The notes below the pieces were generated by a model that had not been told where the DNA came from, did no database searches, and saw only the letters and a program-made list of their open reading frames with translations. Position numbers and translations under genes: made by a program. A stretch of 58,281 nucleotides of DNA, counting the filler, from Sphacelaria rigidula (lineage: Eukaryota): assembly GCA_964200075.2 (NCBI GenBank). It is 10 parts of 10 records of this genome, joined end to end, with 100 filler letters (N's around TTAATTAATTAA, not from the genome) between each part and the next. Parts side by side here need not be neighbours in the genome. Positions count along the whole stretch, not along the records: positions 11,679 to 17,417 come from CAXNAA020024840.1; positions 17,518 to 23,255 come from CAXNAA020024841.1; positions 23,356 to 29,093 come from CAXNAA020024842.1; 7 more parts are not named here. The stretch is one strand, 5' to 3'. This document shows, in pieces, positions 12,671-23,932 of the stretch. Positions within the stretch are counted from its first letter, which is position 1, and each line of letters opens with the position of its first letter.

Positions 12671-13314
12671 ATCATCCATCTTCATGATTCTGACTGACCC
12701 GCAGGGCCGGAGTCTCGGGCTGACAAGATGACTTATAGGGCCGAAGTCTCTAACAAAATCATGGCTCATATGACGCGTGAAAATTCATTTGGATATATAA
12801 CCGTAACGAGGATTCCCCCCACCCCCCATTGAACAACATCATGATTTAGGTGACAGGTACCGCACCCGAATCAGGCCTCCACCGTTTACCGCTCATCTCC
12901 GATGTCGTCCCGTTTCGCCGAACCCTTACCGCTACCGCAATAATTGTAGGCGCAGTTCTCCCGGCGAGGACGCAGTGCAGGATCGTCTCCTGTGTTTACC
13001 GGGCTCGTGATGGATAATGACGTTTCGCACCGCCGTTCGCTGGCAGACGGGGGGATGGGGTCGGTTTCCGAGCAGGACCAACAACAAGCGTGCGGCTTAG
13101 TGCGTGTAGGATTCGCTTTCAGCCACGATCCTTCCTCGAACGCGCACGAGATTGAGATGATCATGCGGAATCGGTACGCTTCGTGTTTTCGGCGATGTTT
13201 TGTGGGCGGTGCCGGGAGCGGGGATTAGGAATTGGGGGGAGGCCCGAGCAGTTCAAGGATATATATATATATATATATACATATATATACATATATATGT
13301 ATATATATGTATAC

Positions 13315-13484
13315 CACACCTTGGACAATATATGCTCAATAGTTGCAGTAGACAAGAAACGTACTGCATAATTTATAGGTCTATTGCGACTATTGTCGGC
13401 CGACAATAGTTACAATAGGCATGTACTTTATGCAGTACACTGCTCGTCTATTGCAACTATTGAGCATATATTGTCCAGGGTGTG
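13315..13484. mobile_element. Intact fully palindromic ~170-bp MITE (CACCCTGGACAA TIR) inserted in a TA-rich microsatellite; other copies ~11236-11372, 28827-28962, 55012-55176
   Basis: cacaccttggacaatatatgctcaatagttgcagtagac ... gtctattgcaactattgagcatatattgtccagggtgtg, centred on gtcggccgac and flanked by (TA)n-like tracts. Confidence 0.85.
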
Positions 13485-13996
13485 ATATATATATGTATAT
13501 ATTTATAAATATATCTGTTCGCATGATAAAGGGCGGCGGTGCTTATGGGCAAAAAAGTATTTTGTATGTACCGTGTCGAGATGGGTAGATTCATGAAATT
13601 GTCATGCGCAATCGGGTTTTGAACGATATGCTTTTTTTGCGATGTCTCGGCTGAAACGGGACCATTCACTCATTCTGTGCCTTGGTACCACTTGCTTCTT
13701 CGCCACAACGTGTGTTACTTGGTCATTTTTTTGTCCATCACTGTTGAAAGCCAATGATTTTTCATCCCATTTGAAACTCAAAACGTACGATTTTTGCTAC
13801 CTTTGATCTTTTTTTAAAATGACTCCCCGTTACCAGTCGTCACCTCCATTTGCGACACCTTGGAATCGAAGGTCGTGCTGCCCTTTGCCGTCGCCATCAC
13901 CATTTTTCTCAGTCATTGGCAGTTGAGGAAACCCAAGGGTAGATTCTTTTGGCTGCTATTTTCGTCCAACCCTCACCTACTCCCTCCCCCTCCGCC

Positions 13997-15720
13997 CATG
14001 ATTTCCCTTGAACGCTTTTGTCCCCTTCGCAGCCCGGCATCAATTCGGAGGTCGAGTCTGACATCGATGCCGCCATCCCGCCTTCCAACGGACACAGAGG
14101 CCTTCCAGGCGCATATACGAGCATTGCAGGCCCATCGGGCAATCACCGTAGAGCCTCCAGTCTCGGAAGTCTCCAGGAGCGTCGGCACGCCAGACGAGCC
14201 CCAAACTGCAAACGAAGCCTCGTCTAGTTCCACTGTTGTTGACCCTCGAAGTGCCCGCGGCTCCGGATCGCTGTTTCCCCCAGTTGGTGGTGACGTCGCC
14301 CGGACAGGCGCCGCTTCTAGACCTGTAAGCGGATCGTTGTCGTCATTTTCGGTTGGTGTTGGAAGCGCGCGTGCAGGAATGACAGCTGGAGAAGGTGGCG
14401 CTGGCTTCGGTGCTCCAAGAGTGGGTTCAGGCAAACAACAACTATCCCCACGTGCAGCAGCAGCAGCAGCGGGTGGAACTGGACGGCTTCCTTCAGTTCC
14501 CAACGCGCCTGGGTTTACCGTACCGGCCCCAGGAGTCGGGGCTAGGGCAGCAGAGGCCATCGACTTACCAGATATATTTTGTTCGGTGGGGTCAGGGAGA
14601 CTCGCTGGGGCATCGAACGCGGATCCATTTGTGTCGGAAGCTGGGATTTGACGGAGTGATGCGCGGCTCTCAACCGATATCTCTGGTATGGTGGCCCCAG
14701 CGGGGTTGTCAGAGACTCAGGGTCATCCTCTGTGGGGGGGGGATTCGGCGTCGGGTATGGTGACCCCAGCGGGGCTGTCGGGGACTCAGGGTCGGCCTCA
14801 GGGTGGGGGGGGGAGGGATCCGGCGTCGGGTATGGTGGTCCCAGCGGGGTTGTCAGGGACTCAGGGTCCACCTCAGAGGGGGGGGGGGGAATCGGCGTCG
14901 GGTAGTTCTGTTCCTGTAGAGTTCTCGAGTACCACGGTGTAATTTTCGTATATCTTTTGTACTGCCGGTAGTGCAGCGTTTGTCCGAGCTTCGACGAAAA
15001 CTGAAGTCCCGAAAGATGTTGGCGTTGGAAGGAGAGCTGTGGTCTGTTCGTAGGGGGGCAAAGTTACGATCTTTCGAGCAACGAACGAAGATGGGGCGCC
15101 GACACGTCTCGTGGACAGAAGTTGATCGCGATATTTCGGGGTTGGACACGGGGTGCATACTCCAAAAGTTGACGCCGGTGCAAAGCGTTTCGGCGACCTG
15201 CTTTCTGTTTGGGAGAGGGTGTTGAAGCATCCCTATCTGAGTGCGTTTTCAACCATCTAATTTTCCCGGGTCCCGTGTTGTGTGGGCATTCGTGCTTGGT
15301 GGGGGTCCGTGCGAAGGTTTGGTCCTGCTTTCGCGTGCCCTCATGCCGGAGTAGGTTTCGACGGTTTGAGAGCGAGGGGTCACGGCTGACGAGCATAATG
15401 TGCACAGCGTTCGAAGACTACTGTAGGTCAACACCCACCCTTGTCGGACGTTGACCGCTTTTTTCAGAAGAGCGGGGTATGTGGCACATCCCGTTGTCGT
15501 ACCGAAGCAGACCAAGCGCACGAGCATGTTGTCTGGAAGAGCGCAAGCGCATGGAGTGGGATGAGTGGAGGGGGCGCGCGATGGATTGGGCATGGTGCTG
15601 CGCCCACCTTAGCCAGTGAACCGCCGACCAGGCAGTCTCTCGATAGAATGGATTGCTTCGCTTTGTAGGGTGATCAGTGACGATCAATCGATATTCCTCA
15701 GTTGATCAAAAGCAGCCTAC
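13997..15720 (+). pseudogene. Unidentified, disrupted intronless coding-like region (Ser/Gly/Ala/Pro-rich ORF, tandem repeat, broken downstream frames), probably transposon-encoded
   Basis: 263-codon ORF 13860-14651 (ATG at 13997), then three ~70-bp repeats and frame-broken ORFs 14971-15225 and 15209-15454. No recognisable domain. Confidence 0.3.
14685..14903. repeat. Tandem repeat, three ~70-75-bp units
   Basis: ggtatggtg(g/a)ccccagcgggg(t/c)tgtc.g.gactcagggtc...ggggg..tcggcgtcg units start at ~14685, ~14754 and ~14829. Confidence 0.9.
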
Positions 15721-16460
15721 TGACGTTCTCTGGGGATGGGGGGGTGCACTCATGATCATGTATGCCATAGTTATATGACCATTGACCTTGCATCCTTACA
15801 AAGCCAAGACGGAGCACGCCGGGTGTGTGTCGGGGGGTCATCGATCCATTTTTGGACTATCTGGATTTGCACGGAGAAGAGAATAGAACAGGCCCCTCTC
15901 ATGGTCACCGCTAAATTGATGTTGTCTCGCGTTTTGGCCGGCGAGGATGTTGTGCTTACTTCACGTCGGCTCGTGTGCAGTATATCTGTAGTTGTTACAG
16001 CGTGTCGAGCAAGACTTGGGTATGACACATGAAGGTGTTTGGATGCATCGAGTGGATGTGTGGGGGTGTGGGTGTGAAATCAGTGGTGGAATTCCGGTTT
16101 GTTTTGTCGTGAAAATTTCCTTTTATCTTACAACGGCCGAGGTGTAATTTGGAGACCTGTGCAAATCTGTAGAGCATCCCGTCTGCCACCCCGCCCTTTC
16201 CCGGTTCGTTTCCTCCGTTTTTGTCGCGATAGTGTACTCATTTTTACTTTACCCTTTCTATTCGGCAGTACTCGTGGTGCGCTTGTTTTGTCCCGGGCGC
16301 GAGTTGGATGTGTAAATTGACATTATTTTCTTGCGCGTGCCATTTTTGTGGTTCCAGTTCTTTGGTTAGCATTTTACGTACAATGCCTTAGTCTATTTTG
16401 CGTAAAATTTGTACCTTCACTTTTATTGTTTTAAACAAGACGAGATTATATGTTGACGCA

Positions 16461-16497
<37 letters not shown>

Positions 16498-16991
16498 CGG
16501 GGGTGATTGGTTGTCTGTCTGCGCGATTTTTTTTCATCAGTCCAACTACCTGGGGAGGATTGAGCTTGAACAATCCAATGTAAGTGCGGGTTCATGTTTT
16601 CTTGTTGATTTACCGGGGTTTCTCCAACAAGAGATGATGCGTGTTTCATGCTTATGTTGTTTTTTCTCGTCGACGGTATCCTATTTTTGTCTGTGCCCCC
16701 CGTTGCTACGGGGGACGTGTAGCATACATTACATGTGTAAACACATACGTTTTGATTCAATTATGTAGTTCGTATTTAGAACAGTAATGTTCATGTGGCT
16801 TCATTTCCATAATGCATCGCGTGTCATGAAAGAGAAGGGAAAAGCTCTCATGTGTTTGACGGTGACAGAGATTCTGTTTGTACTATCGTAACCTCGGAGA
16901 GCGCTGCCATGCATTGTTTTGAGTCGCCACTCATCCAGCCTTCGACACCTTGTTTCGGCACCACGTGGCCCACCAGTCGATCGCGTGACTG

Positions 16992-17246
16992 GAGTGATGC
17001 TACGGTAGGGGTGCACAAATACTTTCTGAGGTTAGAATTGTTACGAGTCTTTTATCTAATGCAAAACAAGACTATGAAAATACGTGAAAGTACGCCAGGA
17101 TTACTACTCCAATGTGCTGGGGATATCCCGAATAAACTCGCCAACGGGGATGCCCTGACCCATATTTTTGTGCATCTAGAATGTTAGGAGCCCCTGAACT
17201 GGACATAAATTCGCGAAAAAAGTGCACCCCTACCGTAGCATTGCTC
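16992..17246. mobile_element. Sola2-like MITE, GAG...CTC termini, 4-bp TSD ACTG
   Basis: TIRs gagtgatgctacggtaggggtgcac / gtgcacccctaccgtagcattgctc, with ACTG at 16988-16991 and 17247-17250. Confidence 0.85.
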
Positions 17247-17904
17247 ACTGGTGTCCGCAACTGCTGTTGCATCGCGATTGTAAGTCACCATGTGACCCGA
17301 GTCATTACCATTTCTGTTCAGCTCCAGCCTTCTATTTTCCGGCTATGAAATGCCCCTGTCCGAAGCCGCGATGCTTTTATAACAGCTATAAAAGCAGTAC
17401 CGTTCACTCTCGGAAACNNNNNNNNNNNNNNNNNNNNNNNNNNNNNNNNNNNNNNNNNNNNTTAATTAATTAANNNNNNNNNNNNNNNNNNNNNNNNNNN
17501 NNNNNNNNNNNNNNNNNATTGGGTCAGCACTCCCGCACCGCGTCAACTCACGTCACACAAGCCCAGTCGACTACTTTGTATACTCACGTTCCCACGCTTT
17601 CTATGGTGGAAATCATACATCACAAAGAAAAACCCAATGTATCGGGACTCGAACCCGCATTCTCTCCACCCTAATGGCGACAGTCGGACCATTACACCAC
17701 CGGGGCGCGGAGGCCTCATACTACAAACCCTTTCATCCGAGATCGTCTGCTGGTAGCTATTAGCAACTACTACACGCCATAAACATTTTGATTCCAATGA
17801 CCGAAAATTGGGGGTCATAGGTGAAGAAGAGTTTTTTGGGAATTTAAGTGGTCAGTGACCAATTACTGACGAAGTAGTTGCCAATCACTGCCAGCAGACT
17901 AAGG

Positions 17905-18130
17905 AATGGAACCATATTTCGAAGAATTGTTGTGGATGCGAGGATTTTAAGTTTCCCGGTCAGCATCCTCAATGAAGAGCTTCATCCTCAAAATGGATGA
18001 TCGGCTATGAGATCCCTCTACGGACGCTGGCGAACAAAGTCAAACCTCAAAGTATCGTGAAAGGTGCTCTGTGGAGCGTTTTTTCACTCAAAACTCACGT
18101 GCATCTGCGGCAAGTATAGAGTGCTCCTTA
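17905..18130 (+). mobile_element. Degenerate hAT transposase C-terminal dimerisation-domain remnant
   Basis: Frameshifted fragments LKW-MIGYEIP / LRTLANKV / VERFFT resemble the hAT WW....P.L..LA.K.L..P.SS...ER.FS motif. Confidence 0.4.
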
Positions 18131-19397
18131 CCCACTTCCACTTCACTGACCTGTCAGCTGCAGCTTCAAAATTCGCCTCCCTGGTTACATCCCATCCCAC
18201 TCCTGAGAACTCATAGTCGATGGAGAAGGAGTTCAGGGCTGCAAGAAACGAATCGCGTCAACAGCGGTGATGGATGCACGTCGGCGTGCGAGCGAAAAGG
18301 ACAAATATTTCATGAATGTACGTCATGACAAGCAGGGACCAGGTTCACGATATCGACACACGAAACACTCAGGAAGAAATCCAGCTGCAGGCGATACTTC
18401 GTTTCATGTGAGATTGTATTTCTGATCGGCGTGTCCGCGATAAACAATGCTTTCGTGAGACTCAGAGTGGAGGATACGATTGAGAGTGGAAAGCGCTCAA
18501 TCAGTGAGATAATCATTTCAGTTCCGAAGTGCCCCTCCACAAGGCCCAATATGCTTTCTGCAATAGCTTGCCACTGAGGCCCTTGATATCCCTGGGTAGG
18601 ATACCGCCGTGTAGTTGTAAGCACACGCCAGTGATGGAGGCAAAGCAAAGTACACACAGAATGAAAAATTGGCCAAGTTAAGGCGAATGATCAAAGCCAC
18701 TCTCAATCGGCGCTCTACTTTCAATTTCACGAAAATGTTATTGATAGTATTTCGCATGCAAAATGGTTGGATCTTTACCCTCTTGGAACTCATTGGCGGT
18801 TTTTGTTTTGGTGAATCGGCATCATTTTCAGTAATTTTCAAGTCACATTTGACTCGAAAGTTACTGAAAATGATGCCGATTCACGAAGACAGAAATCGTC
18901 AATGGGTTTCAAAAGGATCAACACACACATATATATACATATATATTGTATAATTGTCTCGCATGTTATGCTTCCTCAGTACCCGGAAGTGCTGAAGCCA
19001 ATAGATATTGTGAAAAAATTCAGGTCGTCCCCAAGACACAATCTCCAAGTTGGCGTTGTCGGCGCGACACGAAATAAAGACCTCGAGTATCAGGAGGGTG
19101 TCGTTGACGGTTACTGGACAAAAATCACAGTTTTCGGCTTTAACGCAATGAACAGGGAAAAGTCAAGAAAACATATGATCTCTATTTGTTCATGAAAACG
19201 ATCGGAATTATTTCTTCAATTGAGCAGAAATTTCGAAGAGTCAAAACCCGGGGCTGTGCAGTCGCACGACCCCCGGATACCGGTCCAGCCGTAAACATTG
19301 AGTCGTTCAATATTGAGCGCAGAAACGATTTTCTTTTGGGAATACGAAGCAGATGCTTGAATTTCCCGATCCCCAAAACTGTGGGAGCAAATGGTCA

Positions 19398-19586
19398 GGC
19401 CCTGTCTGAGCACATGGGTTTTCGATCGAAAAAGTGCGGTGGAAAACAAAAATCTTGATCTCATAGGTCGTAGTTTCAACCATCGTCGTTTATTTCGAAG
19501 ATGGTTGAAATCATGACCTATCAGATCAGGATTTGTGCTTTCCACCGCACTTTTTCGATCGAAAACTCATGTGCTAAGACTGGCCC
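19398..19586. mobile_element. Palindromic ~190-bp MITE (GGCC-type ends); second copy 21946-22134, partial copy ~32850-32978
   Basis: gcacatgggttttcgatcgaaaaagtgcggtggaaa is inverted as ttccaccgcactttttcgatcgaaaactcatgtgc. Colinear with 21946-22134. Confidence 0.85.
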
Positions 19587-19779
19587 TCATCGTGATGAGC
19601 GGCAGCACACCAAAAACCGCGAATACTACACAATCACATAATTTGCGCACACGGACTTGTGTATCTCAAAACTGTAGTACTCGGCCGCCTGCGTGAGCTT
19701 CTTCAATCTGAACTTTATTCGGTACATTTAAGCGTATTGAATAGTTGCCAACTCGAACGTCGTGAAACGCTGGACTTAC

Positions 19780-19893
19780 TTGAAGTGTCGAGCTGGCACG
19801 CCAAGCCTCCAAAGCCGGGATCGCACTCGCATATGTGCCCATCGTACGGGTCGTCCTTGCACTTGCCGTTGTCGCAGGGGTCCGGATCACAAG
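19780..19893 (-). CDS. Single internal exon encoding an EGF-like domain (phase 1-1) of a larger unknown gene
   Basis: Acceptor tttcctgcacgtggcAG, donor GTaagt, 114 nt. Translates CDPDPCDNGKCKDDPYDGHICECDPGFGGLACQLDTS, with six Cys in EGF spacing (C-x4-C-x4-C-x8-C-x-C-x8-C) and the typical CxCxxGF.G..C tail. Confidence 0.8.
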
Positions 19894-20529
19894 CTGCCAC
19901 GTGCAGGAAAGTAGAGATCAACAGTGGTGTTGCTTGGTAGGTGGTAAGAGAGCACGACATTGACACAAGTATATTCCATACGAAACACAACGTTACCCGC
20001 CCCGTCGAATGCGTTACGGAGTGTGTTGCAGGTAGATCGACTTGCTCGACAACGATCACAGCACAGCTCCAATCTGCGAAACGCGAGAAACGCGGCGTGT
20101 GTGGCGAGAGTCAAACATAACTCAAAGACGACAGGTTCCAGGTACCACACAAAATAAAAACGAGTCAATTCAATCACTAGTCGGAATGAGCCCATATTTT
20201 GAAACCCTCATTCATCCGTTGCACCCGCGTGTCAGCTATAAAGATGCTAGAACGCCAGGGGTGCTTGAAACCTACCATTCATCCAAAGTGGATTCATCCG
20301 TGGGGGGTAGATGACAAAATATATACCTCAATCATCTTGTCTCGGATCACGAACACTTGCCTGTAGGGGCACGAGTATTTGGTTGCAGTGGACCTCATCT
20401 ATGTAGCAGCGACGAGATAGACTGTATTTTGACGGCTTCGGCGCTGGAAGATGGAAGGACTCGTGAGCTCCTGTGAGTAAACTACGGTTCGATGTACGAC
20501 TTGAGCTTGCCCACATGTTCCCCCAGGGT

Positions 20530-21330
20530 TTTTTCTGCATTTTGGGCGGTACGATTTGATATCCTGCTTGATTCGCTTCTGGGAAACTGATGCAATCCTC
20601 TCATGTTTCCCCGCTCCGCGGATTCGTCGAGTTCACTATTGTGATGTATGTGCCGTCAATCGCTTGTCGTGGAGATACTGTCCTGAGTTCCGGATCGGCA
20701 TGTAGCTATGAAATGATACTGGGTGGTGGTGCCGATGATACCCTTCGGCTCTTCTTGCCGCACAGTTCGCTGGATGACAATGTTGCGCTTGTAAAGCGTT
20801 TCCGTCTCTCTTCATGGTATCAGTGAGGAAGAGAGATTGGTGTAACAGCTTGTTTCGCCTAGTACACCATGCTCTCTACTTGGTCCCCCCGTCTTGCTTG
20901 CGGGTGGGGAGAAGACCCCATCACGATACCTGTTTGGCATGTCGTTTCGGTTGCGCCTTGTTCGCGCACCCTTCAATGGTGATGAAATGCGGGAGAGCAT
21001 GATCAGCAGTATGAATATTCCCGTGGTAAAGCCGGCAGCAGTAGTATGATTGTACGTTTTGTTGCAGCATACTTCCAGAGCCTAAAGAGGAGAGCGAAAT
21101 GATCCGGAGACTACAGTCTACGCACTCGTCAGATCTGATGCAAAATATAGACTGGTAGCCGGTGGTACATGCAGAAAGTGTTGAACCCGAGGCTCCATCT
21201 TGCATCTGAGGAGATGTACCTCGGACGAGGGCCCAAGCTCAACACCGCAGCTGGTAAGGTTCACAAATAGCTGGGACATTGTCACTGGAAACGCATCGAT
21301 AATTGTGCGACACGAGAGTAGGTGCCACAT
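20530..21330 (-). mobile_element. Degenerate LINE (RTE-like) apurinic-endonuclease remnant
   Basis: Ordered broken fragments TTGYQSIFC, ASKTGGPSREHGVLGE (cf. D.NARTG....VLG) and QDSISTTSD*RHIH (cf. LDYILT..DRRL). Recognised by eye only. Confidence 0.35.
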
Positions 21331-22886
21331 TCGGTGGTCTGGGACTCGCTAGCAGCCGACGCAGACTAGAACAGCTGCACTCTTCCCGTGAGACCGAAAT
21401 GCAAAATGCAATGAATGTACCGAGATCGATGTGCCAAGGAAAATTCGGAACATAAATCCACGCTCGCACTGAAGATCAATCAGAAGGAGAGCAAGAGGAC
21501 AAGAGAGGAATGCAGTATAATGCTCATTCGGTGTAGACACACGTCAGTTTCTGTCGAGCGCACACACCTGTTTTCGACGCGCGTAGTCCGACAAATGGAG
21601 CAAGTAAACCAAGTTTAGGGCGGAATCTCCAAACCCAGGGAACATGAAATCACACACTTGCCTAGCGGACGAAAAGGCCGAATGGAAGCCAAGTCGCTTT
21701 GATGGGAGCCGCATGCGAAATATTATTGGCCTGGTGTTTGGATTTCAACCCTTAGACCGCGGTGCTGGTAATCCATCTGGACCAAATATACTTTTTTTTC
21801 GATTGGAATTGATGCTGATTCAGCAGATGGCGTACCCTCGCGGTCAAAGGATTAGCAAGGGATTCTCAAAAATGGGAGCGAATATTTTGGGAGGAGGATA
21901 GAGAAAAATAGGGCCGGAGAATTGTTCGAAATGGTACACCTCCAAGGGCGTGTCTTAGTACATTAGTTTTCGATCGAAACTGTGCGGTGGAAAACAAAAA
22001 TTTCGATATGATAGATCGTAATTTCAACCATCGTCGATTTTTTTCAAGATGGTTGGAATCACAACCTCTCAGATCGGGACTTTTATTTTCCACCGCGCAA
22101 TTTCGATCCAAAAGTAATGTGCCAAGACACGGCCTAAGGCGCCGAGCGACAGGGGAGCCCCCCGAAAGGTTGAAGAACCGAGCCCGGGGGGTGTGGTACC
22201 ATATTGAAAATGAAATAATGGTCGTTGCCTCCCGACTACCGCACTTCATACATGGAGATATCTCCCGCGAGTTCCCGGTATATTTGACAGTAATTTACAG
22301 ACATATATACCGGGAACCTCGTTAGATGCCTGTCATATTCATGCCTCAAAGTGTTTTCCCTTCTGGCCCGAAAAGTTAAACTGTGCTATTCCTGAGACTT
22401 GAGAACATTCAACATCATCTGCTTTTGGGCCTTCTAGAGATGATTCATACGCACCTTTTCCTCTGTGGTTACTGAGGAACTGTTGACTTTATTGAAAGTT
22501 CGAGATTGATTTCCGAAACAAGTTGTCGGCAAGTTGCGAAAGCCACGAATAATAGTTCTTTGGAACCTTTTGGAGTGTCGACATATTTTCCCGTTCACAG
22601 TCAGCGCAGGGCACACATTTTTTCGAATCGTTCTGAGCACCATTTATTTTTCAGTCGTTACCATCAAAGTAATCATCGTTCCCATTTTCAGAATACCCTG
22701 TTGTTTGACGTTTTGCATAAATGCTCCCCGGTCTGGTTTTTCTGTGTTCTTCTTCTGTCTGACCGCTTCCTTCGTTCTGCACTCCAGCCACGCACGCGCC
22801 GCTAGGCTTCTGTTTTTCTTCTTTTTTCCGTGCGGTGTTCGGAATATACATTTTCGGCAAGGGAATAACATTGGGTCTTGCTATCT

Positions 22887-23252
22887 ACGTCAACGTTGAC
22901 GTAATCTGTTACATCCGTCAACGTTCAGCATCTGTCCCACAAGCCCCGCATGGACACAGCAACACATGGAAAACACTCACACAGTCTCTATCAATCGTTC
23001 AAGCCATCGCACGGAGCAAACGGACCCGTAACGGATTAGATACATGCTCATGGCAGAGTGAGCACTCTTGTGGTATGCCACCATGCATCATGCATGTATC
23101 TCATCCGTTACGGGTCCGTTCGCTCCGTGCGATGGCTTGAACGATAGCTAGAGACTGTGTGAGTGTTTTCCATGTGTTGCTGTGTCCATGCGGGGCTTGT
23201 GGGACGGATGCTGAACGTTGACGGATGTAACAGATTACGTCAACGTTGACGT
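22887..23252. repeat. Long near-perfect inverted repeat (~161-bp arms, ~44-nt spacer)
   Basis: 22887-23047 is the reverse complement of 23092-23252 with only a handful of mismatches. Each end carries the 16-bp self-palindrome acgtcaacgttgacgt. Confidence 0.93.
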
Positions 23253-23355
23253 GAANNNNNNNNNNNNNNNNNNNNNNNNNNNNNNNNNNNNNNNNNNNNT
23301 TAATTAATTAANNNNNNNNNNNNNNNNNNNNNNNNNNNNNNNNNNNNNNNNNNNN

Positions 23356-23661
23356 CATCTGTTCGCGCTCACGGTATCGGTCTAATGTTGCCACACGTAT
23401 CCATTCGGAGTTACTCGTCTCCCCCACTCATTTCCAGAGTGTGCGGTGGGGTCCCTGCCAGTCAACTCGGGGATTGGACTCTCCCCCATCAGTCTCTTTT
23501 TTACCAGAGGTAGGCTTTTCCTCTTTCTTCTTCAAAGGAAGTGCGTCCGACGGGAATCGAACCAGCGACTAACTTTTGAGACGATTTATAGGCAACCGAT
23601 TAGACTACCGTTCAGTCAGCGCTGACTGTACCGTAGTCTAATCGGTTGCCTGTAAATCGTC
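23356..23661 (-). mobile_element. tRNA-derived SINE-like element whose 5' head lies in an 82-bp palindrome
   Basis: Minus strand has A-box-like ggtagtctaatcgg (~23597-23610) and B-box ggttcgattccc (~23552-23563). The body runs to the contig end. Palindrome 23580-23661 is centred on AGTCAGC|GCTGACT. Confidence 0.65.
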
Positions 23662-23932
23662 ACAACGACGAGAACTGGAGTAAAATAAATTGAAAAAGAA
23701 ACCACTCCGTAAGATTTTCGTGTCTGCACTGCCACACCGCAGTGCGTAGTCCAGACAAGCCCCCATGACGACCAGTGGATGAAGACAAAGATCGTGGCAA
23801 CTCAGGCTGTCCGCCCCAAAGACCCATCCGCGCGCACGCGTCCTCATGCCCGGAAGGTGGCTGAGACGCATTTCATCCTTGAGATCGCACCCCTGCGCGA
23901 AAACAACGCCCCCTGTGCGAAAAACCAATTAA

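Noticed and set aside
15209..15500. Ulp1-type protease remnant (HLIFP...GHSCLV, QKSGVCG)
   Set aside because: The motifs are in different frames and too degenerate to support.
20328..20540. MULE transposase motif (WASSSR...AHESFH)
   Set aside because: Short match only; the adjacent upstream fragments fit a LINE endonuclease better, and no other MULE motifs were found.
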